Shown here piece by piece: positions 37,459 to 50,727 of a DNA stretch of 64,000 nucleotides. The stretch is from Negaprion brevirostris (taxonomy: Eukaryota). The notes under the pieces are model-generated. The model saw only the letters and a program-made list of their open reading frames with translations, had not been told where the DNA came from and searched no databases. The DNA is taken from contig JARDVH010000042.1 in the NCBI GenBank assembly GCA_030324005.1, forward strand, positions 76,403,695 through 76,467,694, written 5' to 3'. The translations under genes were made by a program, and so were the position numbers. Positions within the stretch are counted from its first letter, which is position 1. Every line of letters begins with the position of its first letter.

Positions 37459-39042
37459 AAAATAAAAGCAAAATATTGCAGATACTAGAAATATAAAATA
37501 AAAACAGAAGGTTGGGCAGCTTCTGTGGAGAGACAAACAGAGTTAAGGCTCTGAGTCCATATGACTTCTTCAGAGCCAAAGGGAGAAATGTAATGATTAC
37601 ATATTGTGTAAGAGGGACTGGAGCAGAGTAGTCAGTGATTGGTGGGAGCAGTATCTGCTGTATCTGCAAAGGGAGAGAAAAGGTAAGGAAAGGGAGGATA
37701 AAATAGGGGGAAAGACTGGGGGGGGAGAAGAAAAATAAAGAAGCAAAAAGTAGACAACAGTCAAAAATTATGTGAAATGAAAACAAAGGGGTTGAGGTGG
37801 GGTAGAGCTAATCATCTGGAATTGTTGAATTCAATGTTGAGACTAGAAGGTTGTAAAGTGCCTAGCTGGAAGATGAGATGCTGTTCCTCCAGTTTGCACT
37901 GAGCTTCACCTGAACATTGAAGCAGGTCAAGGACAGACATGTGGGCATGGGAGCAGGACTGTGTGTTAAAATGGCAAGCAACTGGACGGTCAGGGTCCTG
38001 ACTGCGCATAGACCAAAGGTGCTCAGCAAAACGGCCACCCAGTCTACGTTTGGTCTCTCCGATATAAAGAAGACCACATTGGGAGCAGCAAATGCAATAG
38101 ACAAAATTGAAAGAGGCAGAAGTGAAATGCTGCTTAACCTGGAATGAGTGATTTGGACCTTGGATGGTAAGCATAGAAGAGATAAAGGGGCAGGCGCTAC
38201 ACATTCTGCGATTGCATGGGAAGGTGCCATGGGCGATGGGAGAAGTGTTGGGTATAGTGGAGGAGTGGGCTAAGCTATCCCGGAAGGAATGAACTCTGTG
38301 GAACGCTGACAGAGGAAGTGAAGGGAAGATGTGTTTGGTGGTAGCATCATGTTGGGAGTTGATGAAAGTAGTGGAGGATTATGTTTTGCACGTGGAAGCT
38401 GGTAGGGTGAAATGTGAGAACAAGGGGGACTCTATCCTTGCACTGGGAGGGGGTGGGGGTCATGGCGCAGGGGATGGATTGCATGCTGTTGAAGGCCCTG
38501 TCGATAACTGTAGGTTGGAAACCACGGTTGAGGGAGAAGGAGCACATATTAGAAGCGCCACTTTGGAAAGTGGCATCATAGGAACAAATGCAATGTAGGC
38601 GAAGGAACTGAGAGAAAGGGGTGGAGTCTGTCTGGATGTAGGGTGCAAAGAGCTGTAGTCTCGATAGCTGTGGGAGTCAGTGGGCTTGTAATGGATATAG
38701 GAAGGTAGTCTATTGCCGGAAATGGAGATAGAAAGGTCTAGGAAGGATAGGGAAGTGTGTGAGATGGACCAGGTGAAGATGATGGAGGGTGGAAACTGGA
38801 AATAAAGTTGATCAAGTTTTTCAGATCTGGGTGAGAGCATGAAGCAGCACCAAAGTAGTCATTGATGTACTGGTAAAGAAATTGTGGGAGGGGACCCGGG
38901 TAGGCCTGGAACAAGGAATGTTCCACAACCCATAAGAAGACAAGCGTAGCTAGGACTCATGCAGGTACCCATTGCTACTCCTTTGATTTGAAGAATGTGG
39001 GATCTATTTCAGATTCCAGCATCCGCAGTAATTTGCTTTTAT
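37459..39042 (-). mobile_element. Penelope-like element (family 2): decayed RT plus GIY-YIG endonuclease, with terminal repeat and inverted 5' repeat fragment
   Basis: RT remnants YQYINDYFGA and FLDLSISISGNRL..IHYKPTDSHSY. GIY-YIG motif VYCICCSQCGLLYIGETKRRLG.RFAEH...PVA.HFN. Ends are inverted (AAAAGCAAAATATTGCAGAT / ATCCGCAGTAATTTGCTTTT). Confidence 0.9.
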
Positions 39043-39484
39043 CTAATGACTACTTATCCCCTCTTTCATGTTGACCCCAGTTTTGCTGGGACTCGATGCT
39101 ACACTTGGTCAAATGCTACCCTGAGATTGAAGGCTGTCCTTCTCACTTCAACTCTGGAATTCAGTTCTTTTGTCCATTCTGAACCAAGGCTGTAATGAAG
39201 TCAGGAGCTGAGTGACCCTGACAGAATTCATACTGAGTGTTAGTGAGCAGTTATATCTGACTAAATACCACCTGATAGCACTGTTGATGATCCCTTCCAT
39301 CACTTTTCTGATGACTGAGAGTAGATTAATCAGGTAACAATTGGTCAGGTTGGATTTGTCCTGCTTTTTGTACACAGGACATACCTTGGCAATTACACAC
39401 AATGTTGGGTAGATGCCAATGTTATAGCTAAACTGAAATAGCTTGATTAGGAATGCAGCTAGTTCTGGGAACACAAGTCCTTAT

Positions 39485-39848
39485 TGATTTTGATTTGATT
39501 TAATTTATTATTGTCACATGTGTTAGTATACAGTGAAAAATATTGTTTCTTGTGCACTATACACACAAAGCATACCATTCACAAAGAAGGAAAGGAGAGA
39601 GTGCTGAATGAAGTGTTACAATCATGGCTAGGATGTAGAGGAAGATCAACTTAGTGTAAGGTAGTTCATTCAAAAATGATGGCAGCAGGGAAGAAGCTGT
39701 TTTTGAGTCAGTTGGTATTTGTCCTCAGACTTTTGAATCCTTTTCCTTACAGAAGAGGGTGGAAGAGAGTATGTCCAGAGTGCATGAGGTCCTTAATTAT
39801 GCTGGCTGTTTTTCCTAGGCAGCAGGAAATGTAGACAGTGACAATGGG
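39485..39848 (-). mobile_element. Rex1/Babar-clade LINE 3' end
   Basis: Reverse homolog of 14873-15160 with a (TTTGA)n tail. Confidence 0.75.
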
Positions 39849-41759
39849 TATAAATTGCTGGAATATTATCAGAACTCATACCTTTGTAGTATCCAGTATC
39901 TTCAGCTGGTTTTTGATATCACATGGAGTGAATCAAATTGACTGAAGACTGGCATCTGTGATACTGGGGATCTCAGGAAGAGGCCAAGATGGATCATCAG
40001 CCAGGCACTTTTGGCTGAATTTGGCGTGCTGGATGGGGATAATTGTGGAGCCTCCTCATCCAATGAGTTTTATTGTCCATCACCGCTCATGACTGGACAG
40101 GGCATGATGTCAGAGCTTAAACCTGCTCCACTGATTGCGGAATCACTTAGTTCTCTTTGCTGCATGGGGCTGTTAGGCATGCAAATAGTCTTGTGTTGCA
40201 GCTTCAGCAAGTTGACATCTCATTTTTAGGTGTGTGGAGGGATGCTGCTAGCATGCCCTCCTGTACTCTTCATTGAACCATTAATTGATCTCTCAGCTTG
40301 ATGGTCATGGTAGACTGGGAGATATGCTGTGGTTACAGATTGTCATTGTATACAATTCGGTTACTGCTGATGATCTACAGCACCTCATGAATGCCCAGTT
40401 TTGAGTTGCAAGATCTGTTCATTGTCTATTACATTTAGCACTGCGGTAGTGCCACATGTGATAGACGGTATCCTCAATGTGAAGACGGGACTTTTTCTCC
40501 ATAAAGACTGTGCAACGGTAGCTCCAAACAATGCTGGACAGATGCCTCTGTGATGGGTAGATTGGCGAGGACAAGGTTTTTCTCCCCCGTTGGCTTCTTC
40601 ATCACCTATCGCAGGCCCAGTCTAGCAGATATGTCCTTTAGGACTCAGCCAGCTTGGGATAATGAGTTTGATATGTACAAGAAAAGGACAGAATTATTGA
40701 ATAGCTGTAGTCCTCATTGATGGCCAATGGAAACTCCTGTTATGAGATTGTTTTAGGCTTCATATAAGCAATCTACAGTTAGTTCTGGTCCTAATGATAA
40801 CAGCCTGAGACCTCCATGTTTACATGTGGATCTGCTGACAGAATATCTGAACTAGTATTCAAATAATAGTCCATTCCATTGGAACAGGAATTCAGCCCTT
40901 TGAGTTTATTCCACCATTCAATAAGATCTTTATTCTGATCTTTAACTGAACTCCACTTATTCATCTTTGTTCCATAGTGAGAAGTGAGTTTATTATTTGA
41001 AGTCTACATTTAAAGAGAAAATGATTGACACCTTCATTATCTATTGAAGAGAGAACAGTATAGCAATGTGTGTTGCACTTTTAAACCATTTACTATTAAT
41101 TTAGTTGCCTTATTTATATATACAAAACACCTTATTAAGTTGAGGGGCTGGGTTTCAGTTTGGTAAAAGTTCACATTCAATTTATCTTTCAAAAAGAGAA
41201 GGGTCATGTAGTGGTTCAAAATGCATTTCAATAGTTGGTCCTCTGGTACAGTCCTTGCAAGTTAATTATTATTTACCTAAATATTGGGCAGAAAAGAATC
41301 ATGCTCTGAATTATAGGGAACATAAAGTGTGCTTAATGGACTGCCTGATGATGACAAAACATGAGAAATTACCTCTTATAAAAACCCAAAAACATGACAC
41401 AAGCTGAAAAAAAATTGTAATCAAGTCAAATAAAAATAATATAACTCCCAGTATAAATAGTCTGAGAGAGACTTTTGAGATATCGATATTCCTTATGAAA
41501 GAATCATAAACAATATAGAGATCCTAGCAGGGAGAAAATAGCTGTTCATTTTCAATAAGAGTGACTGACTCCAGCACCAAAGATTCAATTATAAAGAGAT
41601 GACTGAAAGAACATCTTAAACAAGTATATAAAAGAATAACCAATTTAGACAAGGTTCAGAGTGAATTATTTTGATGTAAAATGTGAGGCTAGGACATGGG
41701 GAATAGATTCAAGTAAAATGAAAAGTTAGAACAGAAGCTGAGAAGATTTTCTTCATAAG

Positions 41760-41995
41760 GGAGGGGATAGTTTTCCCTATGCTGGCCAATATTTATTCTT
41801 CATTCAACATCATAAAGAAACAACTACCTGGTCATTGTTATAGTATTTTTTATGGAAGTTTGCTGTGCGCAAATTGACTGCCGTTTTTCCTACAGTACAG
41901 CAGCGACTGGAGTTCAAAAAGTACTTCACTGGGCTATAATTTGCTTTGAGATGTCCAATAGTTGTGCAAAATGCTATATAAACGCCACCCCTTCT
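41760..41995 (+). mobile_element. DeuSINE (SacSINE1/AmnSINE1-like) Deu domain and tail
   Basis: CTGGCCAATATTTAT...CAACATCA...CTGGTCATT...TTGCTGTGCGCAAATTGACTGCCG.TTTCCTACA...TTCAAAAAGTACTTCA...GCTATATAAA. Confidence 0.8.
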
Positions 41996-43635
41996 TTGTT
42001 TTTCTTGCATATCCAGTTTGATTTGCAAAGACACATACAGGTTGTTTTAGAGAGACAGAGATTATCAGAGGGGAGAATGGATAGCTATATATGTTCAGGT
42101 TTGGCAGCTAAGAAACTTAGAAAAAAATGGGAAATTGGAATATGGAATTGATATGGACTGAAGAATAAATGGATTGGATGTCACTAATCAAATTCAGGGA
42201 GCAGATTGTTTCATTAAGAGGATGGAGGTATAGAAATTTTCAGATGTTGCACCCAACTGAGGCCTGTTTACACCTTTCTAAGTCTTACGTCTAGAAAGAG
42301 TCAATATTAAGATGGGATCCAAATGAAATAGAGTGCCAAATAATTTATATTTTCTATGGCATTTGGCTCCGAGTGCATAGTCTCCTATGTTTGGGGATTT
42401 TCCCTGTGAGTGGATGCTGATACATCCAGTTGCATTTATGTCTTACAGCACATTTCACCTACACTGATATTCTGAAGTGTGGGTCAATGAAGTCAAGTGT
42501 ATCATACTCATTGCAATGACTTAATCAGAGACCTTCCTGAGATACTTCATTCATGGGTTGGTCAGTGCTGATGGGCTGTCAGTAAGGTTTAGTGCTGGTA
42601 GCTGTTCAAAATTCACTACAGTTAGTGGGTCAGGAAAGTTATATGGCTGTAGTTTGAAAATACTGTTGGGCATTGCCAATTTGGAACTGATATCAGATGG
42701 TACTGGCTTGGTATGGTGGCCGATTTCTTCAATGCACTCACCACTGTGTTGGATACTGAGGTGCAGCCAATGCTAGTGAGATGCAGCTAGCACTCACTGC
42801 TGTAAAGAGCGAGCATCAAGATAATGTAAATCAAAGTCTCTGGTATTGTCTTTGGAATGTTTCATGAGGGATAAGTGGAATGTTGGAACCTTGTAACTAT
42901 GCTTACAAACCAAGGGACTGGCGGCAAGATTACTGATGCTGCATTGTGGCAATACACATTCTGTACACTATTTATATCTGCTATTGCAACTTTTACGATG
43001 TTTAAACCAAATTACAGCTTTTGAGGCTATCATATTCTTTTGCATAAAAAGGTGAACAAGGTTGACAGAGAAAAAAATCAAGCAGGAGTGGGGAAAAGCA
43101 TTGGTGTCTGCCTCTACAGGGAGTGGAGCAGGTTCCATGTCATCACATGAAGTTGTGAGATTGTTCTGCAGCATACTGGACTCAGCAGTGTGTGCAGAAT
43201 ATCAAATGAAAAAGAGTAAGTATTAGCATTAGTAACTGGCTGTACAGATTGCCACACCATAAAATAAACTAGATTTACACTTACACTCTAAGCATTTGAA
43301 TTGAATTGAAACAACATTAGTAGCTGAAAGGAATTGTCTTGGTGTTGGTTAAACATGTATACTGTACTCTGCCCCTCATGAACACGCTTCTGCAATAGCA
43401 CTGGCAAAACACCAGAAACAGCATAGCTAATCTATCTCTAAATTATGGAATGAAGGCAAACTACGGAAAATCAGAAAATTACACTCCCTTAACGTGCTAA
43501 TGTGCTAACTTGAACTCTAAAAATTAATAGCAGTCCCCTATTATATGTAAGTAATGCCTTTTCAGTTTGTTTATATCTTGCGCAGTGAATAAACTACTTG
43601 GTTACCCCCTTAATCTGGGAATATTGATAGTTGGA

Positions 43636-43931
43636 TGGGGTTAACTCTCTAGAATTAAAGATTGACTTCCTAGATACTGCTCCCAGTAACCCTGGACAGT
43701 ATCTCAGAGCTACAATTTTTTTCCATTTTCTTTGGACATTGATATTTTACTTATACAAATATTGACTGCAAAATTCCTATTTGACTGACAGTCTGAAACA
43801 TCCAACAGGGTAAAGGAGCATCTGTTCACATTACTACTGGTGTGGAAAGGCATGTATCATGAAGGTGGTTGTGACAGGCAATGGCAGAAGTGGTTTGAAA
43901 CTGTGGGGTCAACAAATGTTGGCAAACCTAG
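43636..43931. mobile_element. Second copy of the MITE-like element at 2340-2557
   Basis: Collinear matches AGAATTAAAGATT, CCTGGA, CATTTTCTTTGGACA.TTGAT, AAATATTG. End GTTGGCAAACCTAG. Confidence 0.45.
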
Positions 43932-46134
43932 ATTAAGGAAGCAGAACAAAATGAACAACAAAATGTTAGAAAAGTTAAATAAAGATTGGGGGTCAGGTAT
44001 CTTTACTGTCTTCCCTTCCTACCTTAGTCATATACAGCACACAGAATCTAATTAAAAGGTAAATATTTCTACAACTTTTACAATGCACTCAGTAAAAGAA
44101 ATTACCTATCAAATTTCAGACAGAAACATGATGCATATCAACATCAATGAAGATTTGTTTAACCAGAGATGACAGCTGGTGATATCCACATTCAATTACT
44201 CAAATATCATTTCTTACATGTGTATGTATGCTTGTATTGAAGACACTTCCCGAATATTTTGTTGCATCATTAGCCAGGTTGCATGGCAAAGGGCATATTC
44301 ATGCACAGCAAGCAGCAACTGCTAATTTAAAACACAGTGTAATAGATTCTGAAAAAAGAGACAACTCTTTCGTTCCTAACACTTGCCACTGACCTACGAT
44401 CACAATGGTTCATTTTAAAATTAATTACAGAATACCTGACAATCATTAAATGGAAAGAAAGAGATCCTCTTCAGAACCCAACATATTATTGGTATATCAA
44501 TGCAAACATCTTAAAATATCGTTCAAGTATTCAACTGCACAGCCATTGTGGAGCAATGGATATGTTGGAGTAACATTGGGTTACATCTTAAATGTCAGCA
44601 GTGGGATTGGTGCATTTGCAGTCTGCCAAGAGACTGACTATAGGTCAATGACTCAGTTTCAGCTGATCATCTCCAAATTTGTTGTTTCTGGAAAATCTAG
44701 GTGACCAGTAAGTGACCCAAGTTTTCCTAGGTTTTCATTAAAGATAAATTAGTTAACAAAAAGTTAACAAAAATGTCAAGTCAAATCTTCCTCAGAAAAT
44801 AATGGCATATTAATACTGCAGGCCATTTTTAATGTGTAGATCATCCAGCAAATTCAAGGGTTTTAAGATGTGGTATAAACTGCAGATCTCCAGAACTTGT
44901 TGGGTCAATTTGTGCTGCTCCACTGATTGTTTTGCACAAACTACATCTTGCTTGTAGCCTCACTATTATTTTTAAGAACTTGTTGAATTTGCAAATTAAT
45001 CGCTTATTAAACTCACTGCACAAAGGTAGGGTTCATACTTAATACTGCACCTATCCTTTCAAATGAATGGCTCTGTTTAGTTTCCAAGTACATGCACCAT
45101 ACATTTTGCCTGTTCATAAAGTCTCTGAATGAGCTAGACTAAGTACTCCAAACATACTTGGAGATTTCCATAACTCTACATGGTGGACTGAATCAGAGGC
45201 CTTTGCGCTGTCTAACCATAAATTCTTTTCATTTTGCTTTTTGACATACTTTTCAATTACATTACGCAGACTAGAATAGCATCTGATATCCCTTTGCCTG
45301 TGGTGAAACTGAAGTGTTGCTCAGCTATTCCTGGTGTGATTAACTATGAAAGCCTTGGTCTGATCATTTCTAGCACTTTTGAGGCCCGGGTCCGGATTTT
45401 CATCTCAGTTGTTGCAAAATAGTGAAAGAAGCCTGATTAGGAAGTCCCCGTGGCACTGGCCATTTTTATGGACTTAAGAAATGGGCCTTGGTTGGGATTT
45501 GTGCAGGAACATTTCAAAGAAAACACTGCCCATAGAAATCATCACTTGTGCGATTTTGGCATGGGAGCTCCCTCCTTCTCCAGTATTGGTGCCAGAGCCC
45601 AATGAATTGAAATTCACTTCTCCTACACCATCTTTGAGTCACACATTCAACCTTCTGACCTTATTTATTCAATATTATTTACTCAATGTCAATTTACATG
45701 TGGCTCAGGTGGTAACCTAGAGATGATTACTTTTATGGTTCTGCCTTTTAATTTGGCAGTGGACATGTGGTCAAAAATTCATTTCAAGTTGCATATGACA
45801 TTAAGCTTGCAAACACACCTCAGACAGTTATCAGGAACAGGGATGGAGTCAATAACTGGGAACAAGTTTGTAGCCAGGACTGAAGACATAGCTTTAGTCT
45901 TTCAATATTTCATTGACAGATTTACTTTCATCCAATACTGAACATTGAACAACTGTGGAGTTGAGAGAGATGAGGCTGAGTAGTGCTGGGCATCCACAGT
46001 GTGAAAACTAACAATGTCGCCGAGGGGTATCACGTAGATGACAAATAGGAAGTATCCATGACACATCTGGGGGTGGGTGACACCAAGGATAACAAAGCTG
46101 GAATTCTTTATACAAGAGAATTGTGTATGTACCA

Positions 46135-46310
46135 TCAGTGGATGTATTTAAGGTTGAGTTAGGCAGGTTTGTGGTCCATCAGGGAATCAAGGGAAATGGA
46201 GAGTGGGTGAAAGAATGGAGTTAATGCTCAAGATCAGTCATGATCATATTGAATCATACAGCAAGATCGAGGGGCAGTACAGTCTACTCCTGCTCCTATT
46301 TCTTATGTTG
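46135..46310 (+). mobile_element. CR1-type LINE 3' tail
   Basis: AGGGAATCAAGGG...GATCAGTCATGATCATATTGAAT...CTACTCCTGCTCCTATTTCTTATG. Confidence 0.75.
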
Positions 46311-46618
46311 TTATGGAAGTGTGAGGAGTAGTCACTGCAAATGATGCTTTAACTATGATTAGATAGATAAGAATGGGACTAGGCGAGTGTAGAGCACTAA
46401 GGTAGGTAACCAGGAAGNNNNNNNNNNNNNNNNNNNNNNNNNNNNNNNNNNNNNNNNNNNNNNNNNNNNNNNNNNNNNNNNNNNNNNNNNNNNNNNNNNN
46501 NNNNNNNNNNNNNNNNNNNNNNNNNNNNNNNNNNNNNNNNNNNNNNNNNNNNNNNNNNNNNNNNNNNNNNNNNNNNNNNNNNNNNNNNNNNNNNNNNNNN
46601 NNNNNNNNNNNNNNNNNN

Positions 46619-46782
46619 TGACTGACCATTCTAAATTGCCCTTAGTGCCCTGGGATGCATAGGCTAGAGGGATTAGTGGGTAAATATGTAGGGATATGGG
46701 GATAGGGCCTGGGTGAGATTGTGGCTGGTGCAGACTCAATGGTCGAATGGCTTCTTTCTGCACTGTAGGATTCTATGATTTT
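46619..46782 (+). mobile_element. HE1-type SINE 3' half (head lies in the gap)
   Basis: CTAAATTGCCCTTAGTG...GGTGCAGACTC...CTGCACTGTAGGATTCTATGATT. Confidence 0.75.
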
Positions 46783-47455
46783 ATAGTCATATTGGATGTA
46801 ATTTCATGCATACATGCTATGAAAGCACAGCAAAGTCAATAATACTATCACTAATTTTTTTTGTCACCGTATCAAAGGAGAATCTTGACAACATTCTGAG
46901 GGTATGAATTGAAATAGGGAAATATACTGGGGCAAATGATGCAAAAAGTTTAAAGGACCTAAAATATGAAAAAACTGCAAACTAATGTTAAAATTATTAC
47001 AGTCCAATAAATAACAATTTAAGTAGGGTGTGTCAGTGCGGCAGAAATTTCATCTTCTGGAAGAAGTTGAAGAAGGGATGGAAAATGTGTGAATTTGACG
47101 ACACAAAAAAGGAATGGGGAATAGAAAGAAGAACTTTGAAGTACCCTTCTCATTCATACTGAGCTCCACTCCACCCTGCAAGCTAATTGGAGGAAGCATT
47201 TATTGTATAAAAAGTTAAGGACAAGGGCTGTCGTAACATTTCACCTAAGGCAAAACTTTTCTCCTACTTTTAGCTGGAGAATCACAGTAGGATCTCAAAA
47301 ACTTTTATTTTTCTAGTGGTTAGTTAACTCTATCAGAATGGTTTCACAATTTTGCAATTTATGAATGTATATAAATACAATAGTCTGATTTGAAGTAACA
47401 ACTATTTAGTATAGGTTTCTGACTCTTTTCCTTAGTTATCACTATACTGTGTATT

Positions 47456-48264
47456 TCCCTGCACAGTAAGAAGTCTCACAACACCAGGTTAAAGTCCAAC
47501 AGGTTTATTTGGTAGTAAACGCCATTAGCTTTTGGAGCGCTGCTCCTNNNNNNNNNNNNNNNNNNNNNNNNNNNNNNNNNNNNNNNNNNNNNNNNNNNNN
47601 NNNNNNNNNNNNNNNNNNNNNNNNNNNNNNNNNNNNNNNNNNNNNNNNNNNNNNNNNNNNNNNNNNNNNNNNNNNNNNNNNNNNNNNNNNNNNNNNNNNN
47701 NNNNNNNNNNNNNNNNNNNNNNNNNNNNNNNNNNNNNNNNNNNNNNNNNNNNNNNNNNNNNNNNNNNNNNNNNNNNNNNNNNNNNNNNNNNNNNNNNNNN
47801 NNNNNNNNNNNNNNNNNNNNNNNNNNNNNNNNNNNNNNNNNNNNNNNNNNNNNNNNNNNNNNNNNNNNNNNNNNNNNNNNNNNNNNNNNNNNNNNNNNNN
47901 NNNNNNNNNNNNNNNNNNNNNNNNNNNNNNNNNNNNNNNNNNNNNNNNNNNNNNNNNNNNNNNNNNNNNNNNNNNNNNNNNNNNNNNNNNNNNNNNNNNN
48001 NNNNNNNNNNNNNNNNNNNNNNNNNNNNNNNNNNNNNNNNNNNNNNNNNNNNNNNNNNNNNNNNNNNNNNNNNTAAACTGTGTGTGCCTTTATATGCCCT
48101 GTTTGTGATCAGAATTCCCCACTCACCTGACGAAGGAGCAGCGCTCCAGAAGCTAGTGGTGTTTACTACCAAATAAACCTGTTGGACTTTAGCCTGGTGT
48201 TGTGAGACTTCTTACTGTGTTTACCCAGTCCAATGCCGGCATCTCCACATCATGTCCCTGCACA
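47456..48264 (+). mobile_element. Penelope-like insertion (family 1) with inverted termini and a 10-bp TSD
   Basis: Inverted terminal repeats of about 85 bp flank a gap. TCCCTGCACA occurs at 47456-47465 and 48255-48264. Confidence 0.8.
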
Positions 48265-49750
48265 CTCAGAGGACTCAATTTTGGCTTGGGCACTTAAACC
48301 CATTATAATATTCACAAATTAATAATCACAAATTGGGTGAGATATAAAAGGATGAAACCTGTCTGTTGACCAGCACCCCAGGAAGGAGTTGACATCTTCA
48401 GGAAAGAAAAAATAAAGTGTTGAGGATGGGAGAAAGAATAGGTGAAATGTTCAAATGAACAAATGTCTTGCAACCATCCTTACTTGTTGTTCATTATTTG
48501 TCACGACCAATAGTATAAGGAATCCCGAAAGGCGTGAGGCAAATGCATTTGTTCTTATGTCTGGGTATAGTGGATTACTTGGGCACAGTGCACTGGAAAT
48601 TAGACAAGGAGCACCTGTGTGCTCATTTTGGAACCCTGCTGATTTTTTGTGTTCTTAAAGGAAAAAAAATGGGAAGTCAGGTGGATTGCCTTGTGGGGAT
48701 ATGTCTACCCTAACTGATTCTGAACTGGATTATAACTCGAGCCCCATTATTGACTATGTGTGATCGGGAGAACTCCCTTAACAATCACCTTCACTTGAGT
48801 TCAAGGCAACAACTTCACTTTTGTCTCTAAAATGAACCATGTATCCCCCAAGGAGAGAGACCATTAAGAGATGTTACCTTTCCACAGACAGCCTGTTAAA
48901 TATTTTGTTGCCGAAGTTATAATTACTCAAATACTATAAGGGTCCGGGGGTGTCGCTTCAAAAATTGCACCTTCCCGTTTTCAGGAAATACCAAGTGAGG
49001 AGGATTATTATACTGCGTGCAGAAGACTCAGAGACATTATACCTTACCAACTTATTTATAAGTTTATTATAGAACTATTTAACACCAAATACACTTTAAA
49101 GTGGATAAGTATATTGCAACAATTAGTTCTGATACAGAATCCAATAAAACTTCAAAAATACCACAGCTAATACTCATCAACATTTGAAGTAACGTTTTAT
49201 GTGAATCCCTGAGTGAATCAGTTGTTGGGAAGCTGGATAGAAAAGCTGCCTGCTTTACAATATCCAACTCCACGGCAACCAGAGAAATATTGAGGCAATG
49301 CTCCCAGTACCCTTCCACTATGTCTATAATGTTCTGAAAAGAAACTGGAACAGTTATATGTTCCTAAAGCAGATTACATCACTCGTTAGTAGTAATGGGT
49401 GTTGCCTCTTTGTTTAACTCCTCCTCTTGGATATGTTCCTTTTATTTACTAATTTAACTGTTAATATTAGCATGCACGCTTAACCCGTATATGATCATGT
49501 TTTTAAATATGTTCTTAATATCTTTCCTGTTTACCTCCAATTGCATCTATATTTTATAGCAGTTATCTTAAACTTTTAATAGAGGGCTGTATATAATAAA
49601 GTCAGTTTTGCTAATTTGTAAGATCTAGGAATGTCTCCTGAATAGGTAAGGAGAGAAAATACCATCATGAAAACTTTTAATGTAACTTTAAAAATGATTT
49701 TAGCGCTTTTTTGTATTTGTACTCAGTGCTAAGAGAACTTGAAAGACTTT

Positions 49751-50727
49751 GGGCCTGATTTTACCATTGTGTTGCACCCTTTTGCGGGCGCCAAAACTTG
49801 GTAAAGCCAGTCATGAGATGAGTAATGCAATCTGTGCCTACCTCTGCAGTGGTTCCCCTTTTACCAAGGCTTGAAAATGGCCATGATTGGGACTGCCCCC
49901 AAAAGAGGCGTGACGATCATTTAAATGCATTTCTGCATTTAAGTTGACTTAATGGGCTGCACACCCAACTTTACTGGCACTTCCACCTTTCCCACTGCGT
50001 TCACCTATTTGGAATTGGCACGAAACACACATGCTCCATACACATCTGATTCGGGTGCTCCAGTGAACATCTGAGGCTCTCTGCTTGAGACTGGCGNNNN
50101 NNNNNNNNNNNNNNNNNNNNNNNNNNNNNNNNNNNNNNNNNNNNNNNNNNNNNNNNNNNNNNNNNNNNNNNNNNNNNNNNNNNNNNNNNNNNNNNNGAGG
50201 CTCTCTGCTTGAGACTGGCGGGGAGATTTGGGGGGGTGGGGGATGGGAAGCAGGAAGGTGGGTCTGCTGTCACTCTGCCTGAGATCAGTGGAGGTGAAAG
50301 GGGGTCCGCTGCCACTCTGCCTGAGATCAGTGGAGAGGAAGGGAGCTCCACTGCCAATCTGCCCCAGATTGGTGGGGGGAAGGGTGCGGGGCCTGCAATC
50401 GGTCTGGGTGATGGGAGGATAAATGGGTTAGTAATGTTGTGGGGGAGGGGCAGTGTCTGTGGGGACCAAGGAAGGAAGTGACAAGGGGGCAGCATACTAT
50501 CATCTTTTTTCTACACATGCGCAGTTGGAGACGCCGATCAGAGCCGCAGGACTTTGTGTGCATTAAGCCCCACCCATGGGCTTGTGCAGCATGATTTGAA
50601 CTTGCTGACATTTTTGCAGGTAGAATGTATATGGGGGTGCCTCAGAACGGATCTAAAAGTGGGATCTGAAACACTCTCAGTTTCAAGTCCGCCCAGCACT
50701 TTGAATCAAAATGGTAAAATAGGGCCC
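49751..50727. mobile_element. Non-autonomous TIR transposon, PIF/Harbinger-like
   Basis: 18-bp imperfect TIR GGGCCTGATTTTACCATT / AATGGTAAAATAGGGCCC, 3-bp flanking duplication TTT, GC-rich interior with ~40-bp tandem units. Confidence 0.7.

Larger units (their letters stand above)
36920..40660 (-). mobile_element. Decayed LINE family B (CR1/L2-group), interrupted by Penelope and Rex1 insertions
   Basis: 3' tail at 36920 (GGCCAGCATTTATTGCCCA). RT-region peptides PELAAFLIKLFQFSYNIGIYP and PVYKKQDKSN..N...INLLSVIRKVMEGIINSAI. Confidence 0.75.

Noticed and set aside
50073-50220. Identical 24-mer GAGGCTCTCTGCTTGAGACTGGCG on both sides of a 100-N gap
   Set aside because: Most likely an overlapping-contig or collapsed-repeat assembly artefact.
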